The notes under the pieces are model-generated. The model saw only the letters and a program-made list of their open reading frames with translations. It did not search any database and was not told the DNA's origin. A stretch of 59,574 nucleotides of DNA, the filler included, from Dimargaris cristalligena (Eukaryota): assembly GCA_003614675.1 (NCBI GenBank). It is 2 parts of 2 records of this genome, joined end to end, with 100 filler letters (N's around TTAATTAATTAA, not from the genome) between each part and the next. Parts side by side here need not be neighbours in the genome. Positions count along the whole stretch, not along the records: positions 1 to 29,741 come from ML002474.1; 1 more part is not named here. The stretch is one strand, 5' to 3'. Both the position numbers and the translations under genes were made by a program. Below are positions 1-12,668 of this stretch, piece by piece (position 1 is the stretch's first letter; every line of letters starts with the position of its first letter).

Positions 1-3000
1 AATCTGTTTTGAAGGATATTATTTAGGCAAGATAAGTTGATCGATACCGATGGTATCCAAGTATTGGGGCGATTCGGGGGACCGGAGATCCCAGCCGGTG
101 GACCGGAACATTTCGATATCCACGGGGTTACCAATTAGACGCTGGTGAAGGTCCGTCACCGCATGGCAGGAGGCTAGAGCAAGCTGCATCAGCCGGGGCA
201 TCTGAGTGTGAACCATCGTGTGGGCTTCGAAAGCCCCTGGCTTGTCCGAAGGCGACGAAGTGACACATTGGCAGCCGTAGAACTCCAGGCCCTCCTTGGT
301 TAACGTGCCAGTCTTGTCGAAACAGAATATTTGCGTCTTGCCCGCCACCATAATCCGGGGGAGATCAACACAGAAAATCTGCATTTTTCGGAGCCGAGTC
401 GAGGCCACGGACTGGCCCACTACTAGGGCGGCAGGTAAAATTGGGCTCACAATCTGGGCCAGGCAAAACATCCCGTTGAACCAGGACATGTTCATATCCT
501 GACGCTGGAGCCAAATGCCCACCCCGAACATGATCAGGCCCTCACAGGCTAGGATGCACATGACCAACTTCAGCTGTTCGTCGAAAATAAACGACACCGG
601 GTTGGGGAACAGAATCTTGCGCACCAGTTGGCCCTTGTCGGTCGCCGTACCAATCCGGCACACCAGGGCGGAGGCCGCCTCGGTATTGGACTGGTCCGGT
701 TCAGCCTGGGAGATGGTGGTACCTGCAAACAGCGCGCTGATTTTACCCGAGCCGCCGAGCTGGAACATTTGGCCTTCGTTACGGAGGGGGAATTTTCGAA
801 TAGGCAGTGGTTCACCCGTGAGCGAACTTTCGTCGGCCACAATATTACCGGACAGCACCACTGCGTCACAGGGTACCACTTGGCCCGGCTTGACTTGGTA
901 GACATCACCAGGGACAAGTTGGGCGGTGGATAATTCCACCCACTTATTGTCACGGAGGACCATACAGGTGTCTTCGTGCTCCGCCATGCGCTTAAGGCGC
1001 TTCTCGGACTGCAAGCGAATCACCACTTTAACCAGGGCGGAAATAATCACGACGCCGGTATCCACGAGACCGATCTTGTAGTAGGAGAGGTAGTAGAACA
1101 GCCACAGGATAGTGAGCTGATACAGGTAAAAGAACCCGGTGAATTCCTCGACCATGGCCATGTAGAAACTGGGCACTTCCACTGAAATGAAATTCGTGCC
1201 TAAAAGCTCCGTACGGAGTTCGGCTTCCTGTTCGGTGAGTCCCTGGGTCTGGGCTAAAATTTCAGCGGCGGTCTCGCCCATTTTTAAATCGAACGGCTCA
1301 AATTCCTGATGGTCGGGGTTGAAAACGTAACGCGTGCATTGGTACACAAAGAAGAGGCGGCCGTGGGTGGAGCGTTGCAAGGGAGCCGTGGTAATGTGGA
1401 CATGCCAACTGTAACCCCGGAGGTGAATCAGATAAAATGGGATGTGATGGAACGATACGATGGATTCGGCGTTTGTTAGATGATCATTGATGTGGTACTA
1501 TGGTTAAATTCGATTGGGTAGAGAGACCGTGGGACTATAAGCTGGTTTGGGGACCCAAAGGAAGGCAGGTAAATATACCAATTCCCTAATCGGGGGTGGT
1601 GGAAGCAATCGGGTGTAGATATGGAAGCAAAAGATAGAAAAAGGCGAACTAAATAAGGAATACTTACCCTAGCATGTGTTTAAGTTGATTCTCCAGTCGG
1701 TGTAATTTCGTTAGAATAGTGCTCTGGTGATCGAGCAGGATAAGGGGGGCGCTGGGCTGTTCAACCTGGATGACACTACTATGGTCTGGGTCGGTTCGCA
1801 GGCGGAAGAAGTTGCGCAGGCGGGCCCGGGTGATATTGAGGGTCAGGAACCAGGCCGTCATAAAGTACCACACGGCTATAAACAACTGAGCACTGAGTAC
1901 CGAATTTTCGTGAGATACGGAGTAAGGTTGGCCGGTCAGTTTACCGTAGTAGTCCGCGGTGATGGAGGAAATTAGCACTACCCAGCCTATACTGACCAGA
2001 ACGATGGAGTAGATCACTAGGGTACCCAAAGCATGGTTCCGGTAGCCCTGGAACCGCAGCAGAGGGCCGTCGTCGCTGGTGGTGGAACAGGCCGTGGGAT
2101 CGGACTTGGTCTCCTCCGCGATGGGGAGTTTTTCCTTGTCGTCGCAGTCGGATAAGGATACCGTTTCGTCGAATCCGGTGGGGATGGTGGTTCGGGGCTC
2201 CACAGCCCGCTTGTACATGTACCAAGCGGCAATCAAGAAGGCCTCGGCGGCCATGGCGGCCCATAACGCGAGCCAGGCGGGTTCATGGAAATTGAAGGAG
2301 GCGTTATTCCCGGGAATGGGGCAGTCCAGCCAAATGGGCGCGGTTGGTGTAGCTCCATAGCTGAGTAAACCCAGCTGGTCAATGGCCTGTCCACAGGCCC
2401 CTTGGACCAAGGCCGTCTTGTTCAAGTAGTCCCAGCTGGGGATATCAATGATAGGCGGGGTACGGCATGGTAACAGTTGGCCCGCGCCCAAGTAGGCGGT
2501 CTCACCGCACAGACAGGGATTGGGAAGGGCGGCAGGGCAAGTGGTGGCACAAGACCCATCGAGACAGAATGACTCGCCGGGCGGGCAATTGGGTTGCAGG
2601 GAGCTGGGGCATTCAGTGAGGTCAGTGACACAAACGAGCGGACAGGGCACATCCCGTTTGGGATAAAGTGGGCATTGGTTACCGTTTAGGTCCCATTTAT
2701 TCGCTAAGTCGGTGAGTAGGAGCGGGGAATAGGGTATAGAAAAGTATGAGCATTAGGAGGGGGTGGGGGAATGAGCGGACGTGCACCCGGTCGGATTCAC
2801 TGTGGCCGTGAGGGCTAGTCCTCCATGGGTTTTCAGGTCAAGGAAACGACGGTAAGTGGAAGTCGATAACGGCGATTCTAGATTTATCAGTAGCCACATT
2901 GCGGCTATGCAGCCTTTCAGTCATGAGGTACAGGTGCCATGCGGTTGCAACATGTTACTTCTACTCACTTTGCTAGCTAAATATTGGCGGACGTGGATAA

Positions 3001-3102
3001 AGGAGGGAGGTGGCACTTACGTTCGTTGAATACAGGAATAGCCCAGGCTACGGTGGCCAATGCGAACAGCACCACCAGTATCTGGCATAGTTGGAACCCC
3101 AT
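1..3102 (-). CDS. P5-type (ATP13A/Ypk9/Spf1-related) P-type ATPase with N-terminal signal peptide and Cys-rich domain; 3' part outside window
   Basis: Hand-spliced exons 3102-3021 (MGFQLCQILVVLFALATVAWAIPVFNE, GTAAGT donor), 2703-1668 and 1408-48 (probable GTATCG donor at 47); phases are compatible. Motifs: LVPGD, PCD, DESSLTGE, FDKTGTLT (phosphorylated Asp), P5-like TM4 SPILPAAL, LASCH, GNPVD. Confidence 0.9.
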
Positions 3103-4654
3103 AGTGGACTAACTGTCAGCGACCCAAGGACGAAACCAAAAAAAAAATTGGAAGAGAATAAAGGCAATATTATTACTAAAAAGAAGGAGGCTGTGAACAG
3201 GCACCAAAGGGGATCGAGTAAAGGCCACTGGGGAGTGATCAAACCTAGGGAGGGGCTGAAGGACGACGCTAAACGAAGGCCAAAGGTCCCGAACAGTCCT
3301 ATTGGAGCGGAGGGAATAAAATAACCCAAATCTGGGCAGGGGTGGCTAACACACAAATATATACACCACCGCACACATAAGTAGGGCGAGAATTATGGAA
3401 GGAAGGGGAACGAGGTGTTTAAAGGGAGCGGGAGTGGTGTGTGAGTGGATTGGTGGGGAAGAGGGAGTGAATGAGTTCAAGAGGGGCTGCCAGGGGCCAG
3501 GTATTTATAGGGCCACTGCATTGTTTTTAAAAAGCCAGCTGGCCGGCGACTGGCCGGGGTTGTACAAAAGCCCGCTAAGCCATTCACATAGATGGCCTTT
3601 GAATATTGCTTAGTGGCTGCTTCCAACAATAAGAGGCTTCAGTGAGTGGGGCGATAGGGTGAGACTAAAGTGCATACATTTGGGAAACCCCCAGCGCATA
3701 TAGACAACTCGGGAAGAAGTTCTTCCGGCCAATGGCAGAGACTGCCTGTCACTGCTTATCATATGTAAAATTGCGTGCATATAACGAATGGCCAACCAGC
3801 TTAGGCTTTTCAGGTCAACGGTACATTAGATTGTTGATTTGGTGTATAAATGCATAAGTTTTCCCATTACCATTCGCGGGCGCGCGTGTCAGCGTGGATG
3901 TGGCCGGCAGCCCGCACAAGCACATGTGGTTAATGTTACGTTTTATCGGCCGTAGTTTAGTTGAAGGAGACCAGACTGGTCCGCTGTCTTTTAACCAGTC
4001 TGCCTCCTCACCTAAGCTAGAAATCTTCTATCTATCGCCGCCCCATTCCCAACGAGTGTGGAACCGCTACTTGTGTCCAACACGGTGGTTTTTCCCACTG
4101 GCTCTCCTTAGGCGTATCACCCTTCCCAGTGCTCCTTCGGGCTCAGACCCCCTGCTTCGAACTTGGGAAAGGAAAGCGGAGGATTCGCCGCAACATCTGA
4201 CCCAGCGGGCCAAAGCGCAGTACGACCGTACACTGAGTTTGGGTTGCACTCCCCCACCGCTCGTCTGTGCCACGACTATGCCTGTAAGGGCTCTGTCCCC
4301 GCAACGGGGGTTTTATCGATGCAGAGACCTCCAAATGAGATAACGGTCGACAGCAGCACTTACCCTAAGATCAAAAAACAACAGGGGGATGCTTTCTTGG
4401 TCAATTTCTGAAACATCCACCAATAGAGTTTCTAGAGTATGGCCCTTATACGCTATACAGGCAGAAATGAGGTCGCACACGCGCCATGGCGTATTTACAA
4501 CAGTCGACATTGCCTCCATGACACCCAACCACCGACCAAATAGGTCCCCACCGACAATTTCCGAGTTGGCGAAACGCTCCCCCCCCCAGGGCCCTCGGCG
4601 GAGGAACCTCTAACTACACCCTAAATGGGCCACATGGGTTGTCACACAGGGTGC

Positions 4655-4676
4655 TGGTGGTGGTGGTGGTGGTGGT
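4655..4676. repeat. (GGT)n microsatellite
   Basis: Run of tggtggtggt in intergenic DNA. Confidence 0.8.
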
Positions 4677-5611
4677 GATAATGGTGATTCGGGCAGCCAA
4701 CAGTCTCCACCGCCATAATTTGTTGGGCGCCCCCACCATTTGGGCGTTTCCCGAGGCTTGCAAGGGCTGAGTTGACTAATCTCGTCTTATTACCCTTGAA
4801 CTACGGGCGATCAATACTGAGGCCTATTAATAATTCTTCCAGCCCCTCACCTGCACTATTGCGCCGGGCCGGGATAGGAAGATTTGCTGTATTCTTGCGG
4901 TTCGTCATCGCCACAGTACCTAATGGCTTCCTTGTTCCTAGCTTTCCCCAGAGAGAAATGGAAAGACCTGTAGTTTAGAGTTCCCCGCACTAAACCGCAA
5001 TCAATTAGGGGTTTTATGACAGGCAAGTTGAGAGACCAGGGGTTTCAATCCAGCAAGGCATAATTTATGCACGACCTTTGAAGTCACCGAAACCCTGCTC
5101 ATGGTGTGCCACCACCACCATGGTTTCCTAATGTCGCCCGACGCTTCGAGAACAAACTTTCGGTTTTAACTAAGAATCTTATTTAATACAAAAATAATCT
5201 TAATTGGACAACCATACTGTTACAATGTCGGCGGTGTGGTTCTACCACAATACTCTCCCATTCAAGCCGTTATTTAAGGCCTACCTATGCATTGGGAGCG
5301 CTCCAAACTGTGTGTTACGAAGTGCCAAAAACCCCCGATGAAATGATAGGGGACCCCCATCCTACTGATTTCAATCATTATTCTTCCGGTTAGGGGAGAA
5401 TAGAAAAGGCTGGCACCATTCAGAGGGTTCCGGGGCTTAACTCCCACCTTCCTATCGGGACTTTCCAAGAGATAGGCGGCAGGTCAATGTGCTTCGCATT
5501 GAACGGGGCGACGGTCGGCCTAGCCAAATGGGGCAGTATTTTTAACCGTTTACTCCATCAGCGGTCATAAATACCGCCCTGGCCGGCAATTTTGTTCAAC
5601 GCCACGATTTC

Positions 5612-5780
5612 ACCGCTGATCCCATGGGCCACCCAAGGATAGATATCTCTTCCAAACCTGACGCCTGACCTCCCGCGGAGTTTCCGAGAGTAGATTCCAT
5701 CCCCATAGCTGATACACGTCGGTATTATGGGCCGAGTGGTTGACCTAGTGCCGGTGGAAAATAAGGGTATAGATCTGCAT
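5612..5780 (-). pseudogene. Possible decayed F-box-like gene fragment
   Basis: Frame from ATG 5780 reads MQIYTLIFHRH*VNHSAHNTDVYQLWGWNLLSETPREVRRQVWKRYLSL, which resembles the F-box pattern L..LP.E+...I...L and contains an in-frame stop. Confidence 0.2.
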
Positions 5781-6957
5781 CCTTCCAGACAGACTTTGCT
5801 TAGGACACTCCTTTGGGGATAGGTTGGGTGGTTAAGAGACACGTAGCTTAATTTTAACGCTTAGAATCCAACTGAACACATCTTGGCCTAGACCGAACCC
5901 CGGCTGTATCAGTTCCCTGTAGCACCCACCCTTATTCGGCATTTATCTTCAATAACATCTAGAGTCTATAGTTCTTTACCTGCTTGATTTTACCACTCTT
6001 CATTGTTAGGTTCGCCAGCTAGGATTAGGGAGTAGTCGAGTATTTTTTATTTTTTCAACTAGACGCTCATTTGAAAATCTGCCGCACTGGTGAGTTCAAT
6101 TCGCCATATACCCCAATGAGGGACTACACTGGTTTATGATGCCACCCCGTTTTTGGAATGGATTAGATAGATCTACCACTTTTCCCACCGTTAAGCTATA
6201 TAATCCACTACCAGGTCTGGAGTGAATGGGAGAAAGGCCATTTAAGCGTGGCTTCGGGTAAAGCCAATAGGTATTGGTTGGTCACAAATACAGTATTATT
6301 TCAGCCAGGACCAACAACTGGTATTCTTCTGGATCACATGGATCATGGTGGAGGCTTTGGGAACTGGAGGCAGTGAATTCTCTTCCAATTCGACAATTCC
6401 CATAACCAAACTAATGTATAAAAGTCTGAATCGTACTCAAAAGGTGAGTAAAACTACCTGGGCTATAGGAATGATCCTCGCCGTTCGCGGCTGCGACGTA
6501 TGCGCCACAAAACCAGGTATCCTATCGGAAGGCCGAAGATTCAAAGTCACTGGTGGCATTATCCCATTTAGTCCTAGCCCGGACCAACATACGAACCCGT
6601 TTAATCATTACCTTTCCTGGGTTAGTGGCGGCTTGGTAGCCCCATCTTCGCATATTCACAGTACCCAGCTTCATTGCGCGGTATTCGGAATTAATAAGAC
6701 CGGGGCCCTGTGTTCATCGCGTTATTGGTCACTACTTTTGTAAAGATTCCAACTGCGATACGCCTTAGACAAGCAAAATGGCAAGGGTCGGGAAACCCCG
6801 CTATATCGGCCATTCAATTGAATTGTCCCGAGGTTCAGTGGTGAATAAAGTCGTTCGTTGAAAAAACTAGACGGGAAGGGGCAGCTGAGTTTAGTCCGAC
6901 CAGCTAATCCCCAGTCAAGTCTATTAAAGTGATGAATACGCGAATGTAATGAACGGG

Positions 6958-7325
6958 CTTTATTTAGAATTGTGCAGCGAGTATGAGAGAATGGAGGAAG
7001 ATAAGAGCGGCAGGAACGCTAATAAACTAAGGGGGTAGCAGTTATCTGGCTGAACACCCTTTATATAGTCGGATTATATTCCATCGCGTGGATACTAGTA
7101 ACACTGGCATATATATGAGGTTCATCCCCGCTGGCCTTGTAAACCGGCGAACTTTGTATGACAGTCTCGCGACCACATCTAGGTGGGCTCGTCATTCATC
7201 GATGGCCGGGGTGTCTGACTGTTTAGGCCCCCAGCCACATCGCCATCTGACGGGGATACTGCCTGGTCATTTTATTGGCAGGACTAGCATCAGCCACCAG
7301 GGTAGAAGTAACGTATATATGAGTC
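6958..7325 (-). repeat. Diverged duplicated TATA-containing block, copy A (paralogous to 14473-14826)
   Basis: Colinear blocks GAACGCTAATAAACTAAGG (7014), ACCCTTTATATAGTC (7056, TATATAAA on minus strand) and GGGTAGAAGTAACGTATATAT (7300) match copy B with similar spacing. Confidence 0.65.
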
Positions 7326-8996
7326 CACCTAGTACAGCGTGTCGGTTGGTCAAAGGCAGCTCCGAAGAACGTTGAGAAGGGAAATTGAATACACAATGAA
7401 GCACTCGCCTATTCTTAGCTTGGCCGATTTTGTTGGTAAATAGGTGATTAATTATAATATACCAACCGGCCCATATTTAGCATATGGGTGAACTTCAACC
7501 CACCCGTATAAGATTTTACACAATATATGTATGGGATAATATGTGGGAGAATAACTTTTGACCAGTAATATTTACCTCATCAAATGGATTATTCGTTATA
7601 CAGCTTGGATGAATATCTGCCATATTTAATTTCCCTTGCCTTTTACTCCCTTTTGTTTGATTCATTGCGGACGTATCAGCCCTTATACCCTTCCATTTCT
7701 ACCTACACCAAGCAGCTTTAATGTGTCAATATTTTCCAGGGTATACTTGTGCTCAGTTGGCCAATATAGTATCGTGGTTATTTATTAGTTTTCTTTTTAC
7801 CTGTTATTCTCAAAAGATATATGCCTTAAACTGGATCGGCTTACTTACCCTAGGTTCCCTCGCTCTCAGCTGTGCCTCCGAACAGAATAATGTAAATGTG
7901 GCAGGTTGGGTAACCTAAAGAACTACCAACGACAAGGCACTGATTAGAAGCATCAGATATTTGTCAGAGTATCCAGGAAAGAGGTGGCCTGCGTTACTCC
8001 TGCTGAAAATTACCCTGAGAAGCAATACCAACTAACCATCCCTCTGCTCGGTGATACCTAATATCACCGAATATTCATGTGGAACATTTTTTATAATGTA
8101 GAAAGAAGGTAGAGGTTGAGTTAATTCAAAAGGGTTAGAGGGGGGCAGCAGCGTAAAAGGGATCGTCGAGCGCTGTGGAGCCTTGAACCCCTTCGATTGG
8201 GCGCCCCTTGGATAGTAAATGGGTGATTGTTGTTAAAACCCCCACTGCTAACTAAGACCACATCTCTTCAACTCCTTCGCCCCCTGTTCTCACCTGCCCA
8301 CACACACTCTCTCTTTGCATGCAATAGCTGTGATTAATGCGTCCATGTACAATATAACAAAGTGAGCTGAGCACTCTAACTTCTATACAAGGTTCCTCTC
8401 TTATGATTCATCTGTAAATTCACTTAACTCGCGAATTTTACGCATATTACTCTCCAAAGGCTACCTCCACAAAAAATGATACTGAATTGAGGATTGGGGA
8501 GCCCAGTATGTACATAAGAGGTCCAGAACTTAGCATACAAAGTAATTAATGTTGAAATAATACAACAAATAAAGGTGATTAGAGAAACAGTGGGCACCCA
8601 ATTTTTAAAAGGGGATATGTGCGACTCATTAACTCTTATTCAGCAATAACCCAAATGTCTGACTCGTTTGACCTACTTTTTTTATTTATATTGCCCGCAG
8701 TTGACATTTTCAAGCATCCCATTAATAAGTCAATCCACGGATGGGCGCCCTCCCCCATTGTCTTCTAAAATGATTAATCAATTTAACACAGTATTGGTAT
8801 TTCTTTAAGACTCAATGCTAATTAACAGTTGGCAATAGAGGTTGAGCCAGTTTCTACTTGAGGAGCGGAAGTGAGGTTGGCCATTTTTAATATAAGAACT
8901 AAATAGGAATTCAAACACATTTTAACGGATAATATTCCAAACTAAAATTTCCATACATATATAAGGATAGGTGCATCGCATCAAACAATAGACTCC

Positions 8997-10808
8997 TTAA
9001 AGTTGGAATCCAGGCGGTGCCTCACCAACTATTTCTCCAGTTGTTAAATCTATAGGAGGCATAAACCCGAATTCAATAGGATCGGTTGAAAGTGTCCCGA
9101 GGTTTCTATACTCGGTGGCTTCCGTATTAAACGGATAGAATCGAACTGAGGCATCACCATCAGTATCCAGGTAAATGGGATACTCGTTGGAGATGAAAAG
9201 GGTACGGCAACGTTGGGGAATCTCATTCTCCGATACCCCCAATTGGTCGACGAGCCGCTCCTTAGTGGGAATGGTCCAATTTTCCGGGAGAAGTGAGCGT
9301 TTGATAAAACCAGCCTCGACAGCACAGTAGCCGAGAATATCGTGAGACTGGCTCTTAAATTCCGGATCCGAAAGATCTTCAACGAGTGCCTGTCTTTGCT
9401 GGACTGCCGCAACCAAAATGGCCGTATTAAGTAATACTGGGACCGGAATCCGCCTGGGGGGCATTTCAGGCATCGGTGGCATATTCGTACCTTGGGGCAT
9501 AGGTGGTGGGACAGGCATACCCGGGACCATTATAGGAAGGGGAGGACCGTCCCCTGCCATGGGGGCTAGCGGAGGCATATCCATGTCAAGTTCCGGTCCG
9601 AAATCCATATCCGCGTTGTCTTCCGCATCCAACAGCATATTGGGGTCGACAATATAATCCATCCCCACCACGTTTGGATCATTTCCTAAATTCGGGAGAT
9701 TGACCGCTCTACCAGTATCCATGACCTGTTGAAGGCTGTTAGTTTGTACCGCCAGATTACAAATCGATCGAGACAAGGTGCTTCTCAGATCACGTTTGAT
9801 AATATCCGGCACATAAAACCTCAACATTTTAGCCATATGATCAACATCAGACAGGGCAATAGTCCTGGGTATGCTGGCAAATAAAAGAGTAGCTAGAAAG
9901 TTGACGTAACTCGGCGGCACCCAACGTTCCAACTGGCGATACATGGCTTCGTTAAAAGTATCACTGTACACGTACTCGATAATGGGAGTCAAGCTTGCGG
10001 AATCCCCGGTTCGGATCTTGCCTAGAATGGGGAAAAACGCGTCGAACACTTCGACGGAGCCTTCGTTGGCCTTCAGAGCATGGGTGTTTTTGTTGAGCCA
10101 TTCCAACTCCGGCTTGAAAGTCTGGATAGCTGATGTAAGGATGGGAAGTGCGGCTCCGGGAGGGGGCTGCCGGTGGGCTCTTGGGACGGGATTGCCCAAC
10201 TTATCAAAACAAAGGGTGGAGAGGCTCAAATGAATGGATTGGATGACAGTCAATCGGACAAGGTTACCAATGAGTGGGCTAAAATCCAGGAACTTTTTAT
10301 CCGCCTCGCTGTCACTGATGCCTGGGCTGTAGTAGCTGAGAGGGTTAGCCAAAAAATGGGTTTCGGCCTAATTGAAATTGATTTTCGTGGTTTGAATGAT
10401 TGGACGGTGATATTGCAATAGTCACAAAGGTTAATATTAGGTGCATGGATTCTGCTGACCCGTATACAATACGCTGGAAGGGTCACAATAATAGTAAGGG
10501 TGATCTACGGCGGGATGATTAGGAGGTTCACTAGCAGAGGGTTCATGAGGCTTGAACAAATATACCGCTATAGAAGGTAAATGTGTACTTACTCCCTCAT
10601 TCAATCGCTTGGGTTTCCCCAAAATTCTGGCCCTCCATGCACGATTGACATTGGCGGTCGTTACCTGATCAGGCAGCGGGAGGTTGTTTACCACATAGTC
10701 GCCGAGTTCCTTGGGTAGTTTTGCCAAGGGATCGATGACAGGCTGGGCCGACACAGGCAGGCTAAGTTGAGCCAGTGGAGCGCTCAATAACATAATGAGG
10801 CTTCTCAT
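8997..10808 (-). CDS. Putative secreted protein with N-terminal F-box-like motif (~528 aa), candidate effector
   Basis: Exon 1 10808-10593: MRSLIMLLSAPLAQLSLPVSA|QP signal-like, then DPLAKLPKELGDYVVNNLPLPDQVTTANVNRAWRARI (F-box consensus), GTAAGT donor. Tentative micro-exon 10504-10473. Exon 3 10335-8997, preceded by a GCTAAC branch site and CAG. Pro/Met-rich segment in the C-terminal half. Confidence 0.75.
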
Positions 10809-10974
10809 AGTAAGTGGAGTAGAGTTTGGGGCGATAATTTAAGGGGCAGATAAATAAAAAATCAATAGGTATAGCAAAAGAGCAAGAATATACTCTAATA
10901 CCACAAAATACAATGAAGCAAAAGGGGTTAAAATTATAAAGCTGGGTGGAAAATAAAAGGGCAAGCTGGTGTCT

Positions 10975-10981
10975 TTTTATA
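10975..10981 (-). promoter_or_regulatory. TATA box of the F-box-like gene
   Basis: GGGGTATAAAAAG on the minus strand about 170 bp upstream of ATG 10808, followed by a pyrimidine-rich leader. Confidence 0.5.
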
Positions 10982-12668
10982 CCCCTGCGCAACTCACCCA
11001 GGGTAAGGTTCAAATAGACCAGTCGTGCACCCTTACGCTACCGAACGAATTAAGCCAACTTCAAGTAATGGGGATACTGTCAAGGCACCACATGCAAGCC
11101 GGGGTTGGGTGAAACTGCTATTTTTCCTAAAAATGAGGACATTCACAATCGACCATGCTGTACTACAAGGAACACGCCTCATTAAGGCCAGGGTAGCAGA
11201 TTTGGACATTGGGTGTGGTCGTTACTCGTGGTGGTTAGGCGAACCAGAATTGGGGCTGCTTCTCATAGCAGCATTCCCTGGCCTACACATTTATAATGTT
11301 TCAGCCACAAGCTGTTTTAAGGTTGTCGCCAATGGCTTAGTCGGCTCTTTAGTAAAATATTAAGACAGGGTAGCCACCAAGAGTGTCCTAAAATAGTAAA
11401 CAGGGTTCGGGTACATGAGGAGTATATATTCCAAAGAAATGTTGGTGTTAAGTTTTACTTTGATAAACCAGCCCACTTTTAGAACCACCTAGTCATAGTC
11501 GGCATAGTGGTCCCCCGATACTTGGCCCAATTTGGTCGTTCACAATATTCCCACCTAGTTGTGTCATCCATTAAGGCTGAGGTGAGTCCCCATGTGATTA
11601 GGTATCCAATCTATCAAAGTTTAGCTACTAAGAAATAATAGAGGCCATTGGCCTTCCAATTCGCTTTGCGTTTTTGCCGATGACTGATACCAGGGGCCTC
11701 ACCTAGTTAATGGAAAAAATGGGCATGTTTTGGCCGGCCAGAGTTTGAGTGTATACTTTTAGAAGTTTTGTCAGCCATTTTACGTCAGGTTGCTGAGCCG
11801 ATGTCTGCTGGCTGAACAACAGCTTTGCCAATACTGGCAGTACAACGGCACCCCCCTGCATCCATATTAGCAGGGTGTAGAACCATAGAGTATAGTTGGT
11901 GCAACGAAGGTTTCACAAACGCAGCAAGTTTTCTATTGAAAAAAAAATGCGTGGCAAGTATATGTGTCTAACTAGATATTAGTTAGTGGAATAGGCAAAA
12001 TAATGGACTTCAAAAAACTAGGGTACCTAGACAGAATGAGGGGATAACACAGTCTACATTGTGATATATTTTACATTCTTTTGTGTCCCCATTGCCATCT
12101 TTCGATAGCACTCTTGGTAACATCCTTTTCCATAAATTCGCCTCTAGACTACATATCAGTCTACTATTACTTCACTGATAAGTATGGCTTATTCAGCGAG
12201 ACATCCATATATGTCCGCAGCCAGTTAGTGCTTCATACTTTGGTACCCATGATATTATTTAATCTACTCCTTGGATAATTTTACATCCTGGTTGGTAGAA
12301 TCTCCAGCCTAGTATCGCGACCTGCCTAGTGAAATTGTAGTGGAGGGACCTGGTGACCCAGTATAGGAAGTGGTGGTGATGTTATTGGACACAGAAGCTG
12401 TAATACCCGCCTGAGGGTTCATCTCCATCATTATATGATTTGCAGCATTAGAGAAAGTAAAGGCTGACTGCAAATTGGAAGGAACTATCAAGGAATATTA
12501 AGACATACTCCAGGGGTGCTACAGTTTTTTTATACATTATAAAGGTAACTACTAATAAAATAACTAATAACTACAAGTGATAATGAGTATAAGAAATAAT
12601 ATATAATGATAGGTAATATTTAACTGGGCTGATTATTTTGGTGATTAATTACCAGTTTCTTTTAACTA

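Noticed and set aside
19..47. ORF-track C-terminus (GIDQLILPK*) suggesting a truncated ATPase pseudogene
   Set aside because: Better explained by read-through into an intron (GTATCG donor at 47); the gene continues beyond the window.
4722..8752. Recurrent TGGGCGCCC palindrome at about 4724, 8198 and 8742
   Set aside because: Short GC-rich motif with no shared flanks or consistent position relative to genes.
10353..10592. Apparent frameshift between the 123-aa and 451-aa ORFs
   Set aside because: A canonical donor, branch sites and acceptors give a phase-consistent intron solution.
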